DNA of 63,851 bases, counting the filler, from an uncultured bacterium (GTDB lineage: Bacteria > CAYSBA01), in assembly GCA_964429075.1 (NCBI GenBank). It is 10 parts of 10 records of this genome, joined end to end, with 100 filler letters (N's around TTAATTAATTAA, not from the genome) between each part and the next. Parts side by side here need not be neighbours in the genome. Positions count along the whole stretch, not along the records: positions 45,652 to 51,977 come from CAYSBA010000087.1; positions 52,078 to 58,340 come from CAYSBA010000088.1; 8 more parts are not named here. One strand, given 5' to 3'. Below the pieces are notes generated by a model that worked only from the letters and a program-made list of their open reading frames with translations, ran no database searches and had not been told where the DNA came from. The position numbers and the translations under genes are program-made. Within the stretch, counting starts at the first letter, position 1. Each line of letters opens with the position of its first letter. This document shows positions 46,797 to 57,201 of this stretch, one piece after another.

Positions 46797-49021
46797 AAAT
46801 CAATAATCCCTTTTGGTTTACAGACTCTATCAAGATTAATTTCAGGTGTTTGATTAAGATAAATCTCAAGATAGATGGCATAGTTTCCAATTACATTTTT
46901 TACATACTTTCTCGTTTCCCTGTATGATATCTCTTCTACAAATTCGTCAACTGTAAGATCTGGGTGTTTACTGATCCACTCATTTAAGACCCTGGGCCCG
47001 GCGTTGTAAGCAGCAGCAGCAAAAACCGGATTGTTGCAATAGTTTTCAAGGAGCATTGTTAGATACCATGAAGCGAGATATAGATTTTTTAGTGGATGAA
47101 ACAAAGACATGTTTTTGAGAAGTATTCCTGATTCTCTCTCAATCCTTCTTGCTGTATATGGCATAAGTTGCATCAAACCAACTGCACCAACAGGCGATAG
47201 TGCAGAAAGTCTGAAACTGCTTTCAGCCCTTATTACAGAAAATATTAAAAATGGATCTATCTCAAAGGTATCTGATACATCCTTTACCGTGTCAAAATAA
47301 GGCATTGGGTATGCAATTTTTATCATGGCAGGATCAAACTCTTCATCAAGTAGATCTGAGGCAATTTTTTGTGATACCTGATACAACTTCAATATGTGGC
47401 ATAAGAGTGCAAAATGTCTCTTCTCATCTTTATCTTTCAGTCTTTTAAAAACTCTTCTTGCATGATAACCGCCCCAGTCAACCAAACCAAGATGGACAAG
47501 CTCAACCAATACAGGGTATCTATCCATCAGCTCTTTGGTATCCACATCCTTTTCAAAGCCTGAGTAATTCCTTCTATTATCTTCTATAAGAACTAAATTT
47601 TTCCTTCTCTTTTCAATATATTTCTCAATCATTTCACTGGCAAGGGGGCTATATAAATCTGGATGAAGGATTGGTGAGCCTGGCAATCCCCAGAAATTTT
47701 CTGCAAGAAGTGGCACAGGATTAAAATCATTGAAGCCTTTATTAAGTAGCCTTCGGGCCAGATAGTAATAGTACGGATCATCCCTTTTTACTGACCGAAG
47801 AAGCGATCTTGCTGTCACATACGAACCGAGTGAAATTGCACACCTTGCTGCCCAGTATGTAGCCTGATTTCTATAAGTTGCAGATCTTTTTGAAAGGTAC
47901 AGAAAGGTTTCAAAGGCCCCTGCATAATCTGCTCTCAGGTATTTTACCCAACCAGTATACCATAGACTATCTTCAACCCATCTCCCATCCTTATAGACCT
48001 CGATATATCTTGCGAAAAGTCTGAGTGCCTTTTTGTAAAAACCATTGTTGTAAGAATACCATGCTGCATAATAAAGGCTTTTTTCAGCTCGTTTATCTTT
48101 TGGGTATGTTTGGTAAAATCTCTCCATCAACTCTATTGCCTCAGGCTCCCTGTCGGTCTTCAGATAAATATTATAAATGTAATAGATTGCATCCTTTTTG
48201 AAATAGCCATGTCTCAAAAGTTCCATAAACTTTTTTAATGCCCTTTTGTACCTTCTTTTTTTATAATCTAAGAGGGCCGATAAATATCTTTTTTGTTTGT
48301 CCTTAAGATGCACCTTTTTCAAAAATCTGGTCAGCATGACCTCCTTACCCGATAAAGCAAGGTCCCTGACGATCCTCCAGATCTGTCTATCAGTAAGATC
48401 ACAATCAGATTCAATGCACAATCTTTTAAAGGCCCTTATTCCCTCTTTCGTACTTATATAATTTATGGCAAGGTCCCACATTCTCTTTTCTGCAAGATCC
48501 CTTTTACCAAGCCTTTCCTCTATCTTTACTATCTTTTTCAAAACCTTTGCCTGTCCCCGTCTGCTGAAGAGTCTCTTTACTCTTAAAAGCACCTTTTCTT
48601 GCTGTAATAGATCAGAAAGTCTCTCAAGGAACTTACTATCAAGTGAAAGTGCAACCCTTTTTAAAAGAGGAGGAGAATTCTTATTTGAGTAGATCTTTTT
48701 GAGGAGTCCGTGGCCTTTGCTGTAGGACCTGCAGGTAAAAAGTGCACGTGCAATAACATAAGATACATATAATTTTGTCTCTTCATGTAACGTCTTGTAC
48801 ACATCGAACATGATCGAAAGACCTTTTCTACAACTACCCGTTCTGGCAAGTGCAAGGCCATACAAAAAGGTATTTATCCTTTCATCCTTCTCAAGCCTGC
48901 TCTTAAGCTCTTTGTAGTTGTTTAACAGATAATATATATGATAATCTTCCTGTGCCCCTATAACCCCAGTAGCAGAAAAACAAAAAAGTGCTACAAAGAT
49001 GATTAATCCCCTTTTAACCAC
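46793..49021 (-). CDS. Soluble lytic transglycosylase with TPR repeats
   Basis: SLT motifs IRAESSF, GAVGLMQLMP, AAYNAG, ETRKYVK; N-terminal TPR-like region. Confidence 0.92.
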   Translation of the reverse strand: MVKRGLIIFVALFCFSATGVIGAQEDYHIYYLLNNYKELKSRLEKDERINTFLYGLALARTGSCRKGLSIMFDVYKTLHEETKLYVSYVIARALFTCRSYSKGHGLLKKIYSNKNSPPLLKRVALSLDSKFLERLSDLLQQEKVLLRVKRLFSRRGQAKVLKKIVKIEERLGKRDLAEKRMWDLAINYISTKEGIRAFKRLCIESDCDLTDRQIWRIVRDLALSGKEVMLTRFLKKVHLKDKQKRYLSALLDYKKRRYKRALKKFMELLRHGYFKKDAIYYIYNIYLKTDREPEAIELMERFYQTYPKDKRAEKSLYYAAWYSYNNGFYKKALRLFARYIEVYKDGRWVEDSLWYTGWVKYLRADYAGAFETFLYLSKRSATYRNQATYWAARCAISLGSYVTARSLLRSVKRDDPYYYYLARRLLNKGFNDFNPVPLLAENFWGLPGSPILHPDLYSPLASEMIEKYIEKRRKNLVLIEDNRRNYSGFEKDVDTKELMDRYPVLVELVHLGLVDWGGYHARRVFKRLKDKDEKRHFALLCHILKLYQVSQKIASDLLDEEFDPAMIKIAYPMPYFDTVKDVSDTFEIDPFLIFSVIRAESSFRLSALSPVGAVGLMQLMPYTARRIERESGILLKNMSLFHPLKNLYLASWYLTMLLENYCNNPVFAAAAYNAGPRVLNEWISKHPDLTVDEFVEEISYRETRKYVKNVIGNYAIYLEIYLNQTPEINLDRVCKPKGIIDF

Positions 49022-50124
49022 CTCTTTACCGTTTTATGTAGTATCTTAAAACAGCCTACAAAGTCATCTACAGGGAGAAATTCATCTGATGAGTGGGTCG
49101 CCCTCATCCCTGTGCCAAGTACTATGGATACGATACCAAGATTGCCAAAAACATTTGCATCACTACCTGAGCCGGTCTTTACAAATTCCATGGTATAGCC
49201 GAGTTCATTGCTGACCTTATCAAAAAGTATAATTAAAGGATTGTCCCTTTTCACACAATTTTTTCTGTACTCGAGCTCTTTTGTAAATTTAACACAATCG
49301 CTGTTGAAGTCTTTATCCCATGCCTTCTTTGCCTCTTTTAAAAACAACTGATGCATATCTTCAACTATCATACTAAGCTTTTTGTTATCGTGACTCCTTG
49401 CTTCACCCTCTACCCTGATATCAGGAGGGACAACATTACGAGCCACACCTCCTTTTAATCTACCAATGTTTGCAGTGGTATCTTCGTCTATACGTCCCAA
49501 CCTCATTTGAGAAATGGCACGAGCTGCAATCTCAACAGCGCTTATTCCACTTTCTGGATTTGCCCCTGCATGAGCTGCCCTTCCCTTTATATCCCAGCTA
49601 AGCTTAAGGTGAGTTGGAGAGGCAACAACCGCAAGTGGAAAACCTTCATTATCCAGAAAAAGACCATAAGAGGACCGTATCATTGACCTATCAAAGGCCT
49701 TTGCACCGAGTAGACCTACCTCCTCACATACTGTAAAAAGCACCTCAATCCTATCGAGCATCTTTTCCCTTTTTAACGTTTCAAGTAGAAACAATATAAG
49801 TGCTATACCACTTTTATCGTCTGCTCCAAGGTTGGTGTTGCCTTTAGATCTGATTATACCATCCTTTATTTCGGGTTCTATCTTTGTAGACCCAACAGTA
49901 ACCGTATCCATATGGGCAGATAACAGAATAATGGGATCATCACCAAAACAAGCATAGACATTACCTGTATTAGAGCCGGTATCTGGCCCGGATCTATCAA
50001 TAATACAATCCCCACCAAGATTGGAGAGTCGATCAAAAATATACTCAGCTAATCTTTGTTCATCCCCTGAGGGAGAAGGAATTTTTACAAGTTCAAGGAA
50101 TAGATCTAATAGCCCTTTCATCAA
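49003..50124 (-). CDS. M20 family peptidase (peptidase T-like)
   Basis: SAHMDTV, LGADDKSG, CEEVGL.GA, GRAAHAG..PE.G.SA, EARS, GSDAN, HSSDE. Confidence 0.9.
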   Translation of the reverse strand: MMKGLLDLFLELVKIPSPSGDEQRLAEYIFDRLSNLGGDCIIDRSGPDTGSNTGNVYACFGDDPIILLSAHMDTVTVGSTKIEPEIKDGIIRSKGNTNLGADDKSGIALILFLLETLKREKMLDRIEVLFTVCEEVGLLGAKAFDRSMIRSSYGLFLDNEGFPLAVVASPTHLKLSWDIKGRAAHAGANPESGISAVEIAARAISQMRLGRIDEDTTANIGRLKGGVARNVVPPDIRVEGEARSHDNKKLSMIVEDMHQLFLKEAKKAWDKDFNSDCVKFTKELEYRKNCVKRDNPLIILFDKVSNELGYTMEFVKTGSGSDANVFGNLGIVSIVLGTGMRATHSSDEFLPVDDFVGCFKILHKTVKRWLKGD

Positions 50125-50318
50125 GATGGGCTATTGCTCTTTTTATTGTAGAATATGGTTAGTGTAAGGCAGTGAAACTCCTTGTCACTCGACTGCATCA
50201 TAACTGTATCAACTATCTCAATATCGGGATTTTTAATCAACCATTCATTTACCTTATCACCCAATTTTTCTCTCTCACCAGCCTTTGTTGCAGAAAAGAC
50301 CTTAACTCCCTGAAACAT
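50121..50318 (-). CDS. Small conserved hypothetical protein (paralog 2)
   Basis: GGAGGT RBS before the ATG at 50318; VKVFSAT...R..LG..V..W....P.IEIVD....QSSD.EFHC. Confidence 0.85.
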   Translation of the reverse strand: MFQGVKVFSATKAGEREKLGDKVNEWLIKNPDIEIVDTVMMQSSDKEFHCLTLTIFYNKKSNSPS

Positions 50319-50332
50319 CGCCACCTCCACAT

Positions 50333-50530
50333 TCAAACCCTATAGAATATTCCAATAGTAATACAATGAAATTCACTATCACTCGACTGAACAACCAGTT
50401 TATCAACAATCTCTATCTCAGGATGTTGTTCGATCCACTTAGTTACAGTCTCACCAAGGGTCATTCTATCCTTAAACCTGGACGCCGAGAAGATCTTTAC
50501 CCTGTTGTAACTCTTCTGCGTCGAAACCAT
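50333..50530 (-). CDS. Small conserved hypothetical protein (paralog 1)
   Basis: GGAGGT RBS before the ATG at 50530; same motif as the neighbour; upstream TTGACA-N17-TATTTA. Confidence 0.85.
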   Translation of the reverse strand: MVSTQKSYNRVKIFSASRFKDRMTLGETVTKWIEQHPEIEIVDKLVVQSSDSEFHCITIGIFYRV

Positions 50531-50589
50531 ACCAACCTCCACAAAAAATTTTCCACTTTAAATACACCTTATATATTTTATTGTCAAAA

Positions 50590-51975
50590 TCAGTCTGACT
50601 CCTTTGTCTTTTTCTTGATCTCTACGACCTTGAGATCTCTCATTATATCTATATTGTTTTTAGAAAGTGAGAGGGCCTTCTTAAGGCAATCCTCTGCCTC
50701 ATCGAGTCTATTTTCGAACAGGAGTATCTTACCTTTAAACCAGTGGCCTAAGTGGTTTTTTTCGTTCAATGCAATTGCCTTATCCACCAGAAGTAGTGCA
50801 CTCTTTAGCCTCTTTTTTTTATCAATACCCTTCACATTGTATATTGCCCATCCAAGATGTGCCCTGTATTCAGCCTCATCTGGCAGGATCTCGATGGCAT
50901 CCTTCAAAAGTACTACCGCCTCTTTATACTTGCCCCTCTTTATAAGATCCTTTGCCTTTTTGTATTTTTGATCAGCTTCAAGTGCTGCTTCTATGTCTAT
51001 CTCACTACCCTCTATCTTAGTATTTAATGTCAATCTGTAATTTTCTCTCTTTGTTCTGTCTTTCAAGATAGTAAATGCCTGATTTACCCTTGTTACTATC
51101 TCTTCGGCCATATCTCTGATAGATTGATCAAGGCTACCAAGCCTGTCGGGATGATACTTTTTTAGAATCCTTAGATAGGATGTCTTTATCTCATTTTCAC
51201 CTGCATTCGGGGATACACCAAGGACCTCAAAATGGTTGAGCCTGTCAAGACGACTATAGATCGACTTTATATCATCTACTATCTCTTTCATTTTCTCGTC
51301 CACGATATTGCTGCTTACACCAGAACGAGGCTGTTGTTTTTGCCCACTATCTATCAAATCAAGCACTGTTAAAAAATATAGCCTCTTTATATCATCATCA
51401 GAGAGATTTTCAAAATCTGTAGATTTGAGCCTATTGATAGAATCAATGAAGCTCTCTTTGAGTGGTCTTTTTACTCTTGAAAGTAGATCTTCAGGATCAT
51501 TCAGTTTTAACTCACACCTTCCCTCACCGTAAAGATCGATAAGATATTTCCTCATCTTGGAGGTATCTTCTACCGAGTCTATACCAAAAAAAAGTACATC
51601 AAGGGTTTCAAAGAATATAGGATCTTCTGTGTCGATCGATTTTTTTATGATCTTTGATTCTGTGACCTCAATTATGTCGTCTTCATGTATTTTTTTCAGT
51701 CTCTTAATTAACTGTTTTTTTAAGATAAGCTCAAGGGATACCCTATCTATCAGCCCCATCTCCACACATAGCTCGCCAGTCCTTTTTCTCTTTTTTCTTG
51801 CCATATCGAGGATGTGTCGCGATGTGCCAGAGGGTATAAATCCGGATAACTCAAGCAATTCAAGGAAGGGGAATACCAGTGGATCTGCTTTACTTCCGGA
51901 TATTTTGCCATTGTAAAAAGAGAGCGCCAATGAAAGTTCTTTTGTCTTAAATACTACTTCAGCATTATCTTTATT
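50590..51975 (-). CDS. J-domain (DnaJ-like) plus TPR protein, 5' end truncated
   Basis: HFEVLGV..EIK.SY..KKYHPDR J-domain, C-terminal TPRs; frame open to the contig end. Confidence 0.88.
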   Translation of the reverse strand, partial: NKDNAEVVFKTKELSLALSFYNGKISGSKADPLVFPFLELLELSGFIPSGTSRHILDMARKKRKRTGELCVEMGLIDRVSLELILKKQLIKRLKKIHEDDIIEVTESKIIKKSIDTEDPIFFETLDVLFFGIDSVEDTSKMRKYLIDLYGEGRCELKLNDPEDLLSRVKRPLKESFIDSINRLKSTDFENLSDDDIKRLYFLTVLDLIDSGQKQQPRSGVSSNIVDEKMKEIVDDIKSIYSRLDRLNHFEVLGVSPNAGENEIKTSYLRILKKYHPDRLGSLDQSIRDMAEEIVTRVNQAFTILKDRTKRENYRLTLNTKIEGSEIDIEAALEADQKYKKAKDLIKRGKYKEAVVLLKDAIEILPDEAEYRAHLGWAIYNVKGIDKKKRLKSALLLVDKAIALNEKNHLGHWFKGKILLFENRLDEAEDCLKKALSLSKNNIDIMRDLKVVEIKKKTKESD

Positions 51976-51977
51976 AC

Positions 51978-52077
51978 NNNNNNNNNNNNNNNNNNNNNNN
52001 NNNNNNNNNNNNNNNNNNNNNTTAATTAATTAANNNNNNNNNNNNNNNNNNNNNNNNNNNNNNNNNNNNNNNNNNNN
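51978..52077. other. Artificial contig spacer
   Basis: N44-TTAATTAATTAA-N44. Confidence 0.98.
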
Positions 52078-53116
52078 GAAGGTCAATGTTCAGTTGTAGT
52101 GTATCAAGATTTGCATGGATATATGAAAGTGGGTTGTTGAGTTCGTGGGCAATACCACCTATCAGTGTATTCATGACTCTGTCTTTCTCAACACTTCTTA
52201 CATATTCTTCCCAGTCCATTATCCTTTCATGCATATCCACCTCTTTTGAAATGTCGGTGATACTCAGAGTCCAGTAGGTTTCAAAGCCGGTTTTTAGACT
52301 TGGTACAACATAGAGTTTGTGATAGATCCTGTTGCCTTCTTTATCTCTGTTAATTACCTGAGAGTATACCTCTTCTAGCCTTTTTTCTTTACCAATATAG
52401 TCAAGAAAAAATTGTCTAAACCCATAGCGATTCTCAAGCAGTTTATCGAGTTGATCATTATTGTCATCAGATACATTCATTATCTTATTGAAGAATTTGT
52501 TTCTGGCAACTATTTTCTTGTCTGATGAAAATATACATAGTGATATAGGGATAGAGTTTATCAGAGTCTTTAACAGTTCTGCCTTTGCAAAGATATCCTG
52601 ATTTTTTCTGACATAATTTATTACATATTCTACAAACTTTTGGGTATCTTTCAGCAAAGATATATTATCTTTGCAAAAGTGACGCCTGTTTTTACTATGT
52701 AATAGCAAAAAATACCTGCCATATTCAATGTTAAGAGGGATAATCGCCAAAGAATTATAACCAAATTTCTTTAGGCTATTTTGAAGGTATGATCTTGAGG
52801 TGTTGTATATAGTTAATTCTTTCTTGCCAACGACATACTCGGGAAGTCTTTCATTCGAACATATTTCTGTAATGTCTTCTGGTTCTTTTGATATGGCACA
52901 TATTGGTTGCAATCTGTTATCAACTATAGATGCAGCCCAGATCAGGTCGCAGTCAAATACATCAAACAAGAATTCACATATCCTTTTAAATTCTTCACCC
53001 GATTCATTAACATCCACCAACAGCCTCTTAAACCAGTAAAAAAATTTTCTAGTATCAAAGACGGTTTGCATACATACCCCCCGTATTTTGATGATAGAGA
53101 CATAAGTGTCAATCAC
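52078..53116 (-). CDS. GAF/PAS sensor histidine kinase, 3' end truncated
   Basis: GAF-like and PAS-like segments followed by the H-box GGIAHELNNPL; the true start may be 53071. Confidence 0.85.
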
Positions 53117-53822
53117 CTGCCATAATAGATACTAAGAGGATACCTGCACCTATTAGATAGATCCCAGTAAGATTGTTGTCTATCTTACCATCTCTGATAT
53201 AAATGGCTGTAGCTGATGTTATCATTCCTACACCAAACCCACCAAGGGCATATCTCATCAATCTGAATGCAGTTTTGTCTTTCTGTCTTTCTGGTTTTTT
53301 AATAACATAGGGTGCATAGCGTTTGATCAGATAGGCAAGAAAGTTATCAGCCATTTCATTAAGTACATTTATAAGGAGATCTTTTCTGACCTTGACAGTC
53401 CTTGAAATTCTCTTTTCTACAGTATTTGTCCCTGTATCAAGCATTACAAGAGTTACAACGTATACCTTCCCAAGTTTTCCTATTTTACCATAAACAAGTT
53501 TATCCACTTCGAGTCGCCTGCCCAGTTCCAGCATCCTATCTGTGTTGTCTACCTGACCAATATACTGTGATAGCTCTTCTTTTTGAAGTATCTTATTTAC
53601 ATCCTGTCTGCTTAACATCCTGAAGTAGGGTAATCGACTTATTCTGGCTGTCAGTATCTGGCTTACCGTTTCCTTTGAGACAGGACAGCCCTCTACAATA
53701 TCAAAATCCATGATAAAAAGTGAAACCTTTTTCTCCTGTGCAAAAGAGCTGTTTGCTGGTAAATAAATAATTATGATATTTATGCTCAGAAGTATTGATA
53801 GGCTCTTTTTAAGAAGTCTCAT
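53109..53822 (-). CDS. Exported hypothetical protein (CsgG/TolB-N-like fold) with C-terminal TM segments
   Basis: Signal peptide; ELGRRL.VD.LVYG.IGKLG..Y.V.L pattern; start at MRLLKK. Confidence 0.65.
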   Translation of the reverse strand: MRLLKKSLSILLSINIIIIYLPANSSFAQEKKVSLFIMDFDIVEGCPVSKETVSQILTARISRLPYFRMLSRQDVNKILQKEELSQYIGQVDNTDRMLELGRRLEVDKLVYGKIGKLGKVYVVTLVMLDTGTNTVEKRISRTVKVRKDLLINVLNEMADNFLAYLIKRYAPYVIKKPERQKDKTAFRLMRYALGGFGVGMITSATAIYIRDGKIDNNLTGIYLIGAGILLVSIMAGD

Positions 53823-53823
53823 T

Positions 53824-54078
53824 TTATATACCGCAAGATGAGATATCATCACAGCTTGAGTCTGCCACGCACTCATAATAGGTGGTGTCGCTGCCAGAAA
53901 GTATCAGGGTCTTACAGTTGTCTTCACATTCGGATCTGTTTTTTTCTTCAAGGGTGCCACAGGTGATTAATTTGGAACAGTAATCACTACATAGCTTAGC
54001 TGTATTAGTCCCAAAATCACAGGAAGACAAGATCAATAAAGTGATGATCAGGAATAATATTTTTAATCTATTCTTCAT
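53824..54078 (-). CDS. Small Cys-rich lipoprotein
   Basis: Lipobox LSSC plus 8 further Cys. Confidence 0.78.
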   Translation of the reverse strand: MKNRLKILFLIITLLILSSCDFGTNTAKLCSDYCSKLITCGTLEEKNRSECEDNCKTLILSGSDTTYYECVADSSCDDISSCGI

Positions 54079-54433
54079 AAAGTTTTTCTTCTCTTTCCTG
54101 TTTTATCTTACATTCTATGCAGAGGGTTGTTTCTGGTCTGGCAAGCAGTCTTTTGTGTTCTATCTCCTTCCCACAGTCTTCACAGATACCAAAGGTGCCT
54201 TCTTCAATTTTTTTCAATGCCTCTTCTATCTTTTCAAGATGTTTTTTCTCCCTGTCTCTTAATCTCAGAATCAATGAATGGTTATACTCTGTTGTTGCGA
54301 AATCGTAGTCATCAACAAGTTCATTTGGGTCAAGAACAGTATCTTCAGACAGGGTCTTTTGGGCATTTTTTAAGATTGTCTCTTTCTTTTTGAGAAGAAT
54401 CTTCTTATACTGTTCAACTCTTTTACTATCCAT
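54068..54433 (-). CDS. dksA: RNA polymerase-binding transcription factor DksA
   Basis: Coiled-coil tip DxxDxA (DDYDFA), C4 zinc finger CEDCG..RL.ARP....CIECK; GGAGGA RBS. Confidence 0.92.
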   Translation of the reverse strand: MDSKRVEQYKKILLKKKETILKNAQKTLSEDTVLDPNELVDDYDFATTEYNHSLILRLRDREKKHLEKIEEALKKIEEGTFGICEDCGKEIEHKRLLARPETTLCIECKIKQEREEKLYEE

Positions 54434-54556
54434 TTCGCAGTCTCCTCCTTCCCTGTTAAATTTTAAGTTCTTTATATATTGGAAAAATCAAATGTCAACC
54501 CCTTAAGATGTTTGCAATATAGAATAAAAGAGATCTATACATATCAAATATTGACA

Positions 54557-56686
54557 TTAAAATATGCCGGTCTCAGATCCAGATGTGAAAAGACCACCAA
54601 GATCGAGGTTAACTCTTACGGTGGGTAATTTTTCATCGGGCAGAAAAAGTATGTCGAATCTTAATTTCCAGCAGTTACAATAGGGACCAAAAGTTGTATA
54701 GATCAAAGATTGCACATATCTGTTATCCTTCTGAGCAGTCAAATCATACATTATAGAACCACCAATGACTACACCATAAAATGAGCCTAGCCTTGCACCA
54801 AGGGTAAGTTCTGAGATTCTTGCAGTTGTCCCAAGATCTTTTATGTCTTCTGTAATAAATAAATCGTCATCTACAGACTCAAGTACAGGAATATTACCAC
54901 CCATGTTATAGGTATACTTTGCATAAAAACCTCCAAATTTGCTTTTTGTATCCAAGTTAAGTGATAAAAAGTGTGTCCTTTTTAGGTCCAAAGAATAGAT
55001 ATGAAGAAGCTCTATATTAAGTATATCGTAAAAGGATGAATCAAAAACAAGTTCTGTCTCAAGATCAGAATCCTTTACATTAGTTACAAGATAGAGATCA
55101 AAATTCGAATTTATATTTTTTGTTAAGAGCCTGTTTTGAAAACCAATCTTTATCTGTCTGTCTTTCCCGATATTGAGATCTATACTATCCATTGGTTTGA
55201 CCCACTCAGGACGATTTCTGAATCCGTAAATGGGTGTGATAAAATAGACCCTGGGATTGAAGAGGAAAAGGAAAGAACAGATTTTATAGTATGCTCTTAT
55301 ATCTAAATTTTCTTTTAGTAGAAATCGTTCATTGTGGTAGATAGAGTTGCTAAATAGGTTATCATAGTAGGTAAGATAACCTTTAAATTGCGTTGATAGG
55401 GATAGAAATCTATAGAAAAAAGGCAGGTTTGCTTCAGGTACCAATGAGCCTCTTATCCATCCAGAATCGAAAAAATTTGAAAAATGATCAAGGCCAGCCC
55501 TTAGTGATAACCTTCTGTTTTTACTATATAAGTATAAAAATAAAGAAGGAACCCTGTGGAATGAGAGGCTATCTCCACCGTGAAAAAAATCCTTTCTGTC
55601 TGGTTGAGTTTTAAAAGATTGCATATACTCAAAAGTGGATCCCAGAACTCCATAGTTAAATCTCCTGTAGATGGATAAAACAGAGATATTGTAATCTGTA
55701 CCCCGTTTCTCTATGTTTTCATAAAAATCAGAGATATAATCAGGATCGCTTAGGACAGCAATCTTTGACCTTACAAATGTCTTTTGAGTGGAGTAGTTAC
55801 TGCTTAGATATACGGCAAATCGGTATCTTTTTCCCAACTTATCGAATATATAGCCACCATTGATATCAAGAGTCATTCTCTCCATCGGTAGCCATCTTAA
55901 CTCAAGCCTGTGCCTTATCCCTCTTTTTGAAAACCAACCAAAGTAATAGGTAATATCTGAGGGATCAGATAAAACGAGGTAAAGTGGCTGTTCAAGAAAA
56001 AGACCGTTTCTCTCTGTATAGTTCCCCTTTGGAAAAAGAAGCCCGCTTTTTCTTTTTGTAGTAGGCAGAATTATAGTGGGTAACAGAAATATAGGGATAC
56101 CAAGCAGGTTAAATCTGGGCCAGGACAGGATCAGATAACCTCTATCGAGATCGATATAACCCCTTTTTGCAGCGATATTCCACAAACTCAGATTACACCC
56201 ACTACATGCATCGAATTTGGGTTTTTTCATTACAACCTTTGAGTGATCCTTGGATATATATAGTGCCTCTATTTTTATTCCTCCTTCGCAGGTTGAGTTG
56301 TTATTACTACCAAGGCATATACGTGCTTTTTTGTAGAAAGAGATCTCTCCGTCGAGGATGACACCAGCCTCTTTTGCCCTAATACTACTACCTTTTTGTT
56401 TTATAATGACTTCTCTTTCCATGTGTAGATAATGTTTATTAAGATCAATTGACGCCTTTTTTGAACTGATGCTTATTTCCTGAGACCTCAATGATACACC
56501 ATCAAGGAGCTGTATTACACCCTCTTCTTTGAGATAGATCAGTTGTCCTGCAAAGATTCTGATATTACCGGAAAGGTAAAATAACCACTCCGGTTGTTTT
56601 TCCTTTGAATGTGATAAAAAAAAGGGTAAAAAGGTAAATATGATAAAGGTAAGAAACAGGTTCCCCTTTCTCACATTGGCCCCCAA
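54557..56686 (-). CDS. lptD: LPS-assembly protein LptD-like
   Basis: N-terminal jellyroll with C.C, IPIF.LP, RKSGLLFP, SDPDY..DF, C-terminal CW. Confidence 0.75.
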   Translation of the reverse strand: MGANVRKGNLFLTFIIFTFLPFFLSHSKEKQPEWLFYLSGNIRIFAGQLIYLKEEGVIQLLDGVSLRSQEISISSKKASIDLNKHYLHMEREVIIKQKGSSIRAKEAGVILDGEISFYKKARICLGSNNNSTCEGGIKIEALYISKDHSKVVMKKPKFDACSGCNLSLWNIAAKRGYIDLDRGYLILSWPRFNLLGIPIFLLPTIILPTTKRKSGLLFPKGNYTERNGLFLEQPLYLVLSDPSDITYYFGWFSKRGIRHRLELRWLPMERMTLDINGGYIFDKLGKRYRFAVYLSSNYSTQKTFVRSKIAVLSDPDYISDFYENIEKRGTDYNISVLSIYRRFNYGVLGSTFEYMQSFKTQPDRKDFFHGGDSLSFHRVPSLFLYLYSKNRRLSLRAGLDHFSNFFDSGWIRGSLVPEANLPFFYRFLSLSTQFKGYLTYYDNLFSNSIYHNERFLLKENLDIRAYYKICSFLFLFNPRVYFITPIYGFRNRPEWVKPMDSIDLNIGKDRQIKIGFQNRLLTKNINSNFDLYLVTNVKDSDLETELVFDSSFYDILNIELLHIYSLDLKRTHFLSLNLDTKSKFGGFYAKYTYNMGGNIPVLESVDDDLFITEDIKDLGTTARISELTLGARLGSFYGVVIGGSIMYDLTAQKDNRYVQSLIYTTFGPYCNCWKLRFDILFLPDEKLPTVRVNLDLGGLFTSGSETGIF

Positions 56687-56688
56687 TC

Positions 56689-57201
56689 TTATAGGTATTC
56701 CTGAAGAAGGTTTAAAGAGTTTTGAACAACCAATGCCCTAATTTCATCTCTTGTGCCCTGAAATGTGAATCTCTTTGTTATTGAAAAATAGTGTGAAACT
56801 ATTGATATAAAACTACTACCAACCCTTACATCCTGATAGGGTGAAGTGGGCCCTGCAGCACAGGTTATACCCAGACAGATATCAACATCAAGCAGACTGA
56901 TACCCCTTTTAGCAAGCTCATAGGTAACAAGCATATCTATTGTACCTCTCTTATCAATTAAACTGTCAGGCAGACCAACAAGATCTTTTTTTACTGATTC
57001 GTGGTATGCAACGATTGATCCTCTGTAGTAATCTGAGGCACCTGGCAACAGACTAAACAGATAACCAAGATACCCTCCTGTACAGGATTCAACAGTACCT
57101 ATATAAAGGGAGGATTTTTTTATTAGCTCAACAGTCTTTATCAGGTCATGTTTTATTGACACAGGAATTAGAGACACCTCCTTTTTTGTGGGAGATGTCA
57201 C
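56689..57201 (-). CDS. CinA C-terminal domain protein (PncC-like NMN deamidase)
   Basis: ESCTGG, GASDYY.GS.VAY....K, IT..AGP, R.EIR. Confidence 0.88.
   Translation of the reverse strand: MTSPTKKEVSLIPVSIKHDLIKTVELIKKSSLYIGTVESCTGGYLGYLFSLLPGASDYYRGSIVAYHESVKKDLVGLPDSLIDKRGTIDMLVTYELAKRGISLLDVDICLGITCAAGPTSPYQDVRVGSSFISIVSHYFSITKRFTFQGTRDEIRALVVQNSLNLLQEYL

Noticed and set aside
50366..50971. 201-aa plus-strand ORF
   Set aside because: Antisense shadow of the J-domain/TPR gene and a small paralog; no recognisable motifs.
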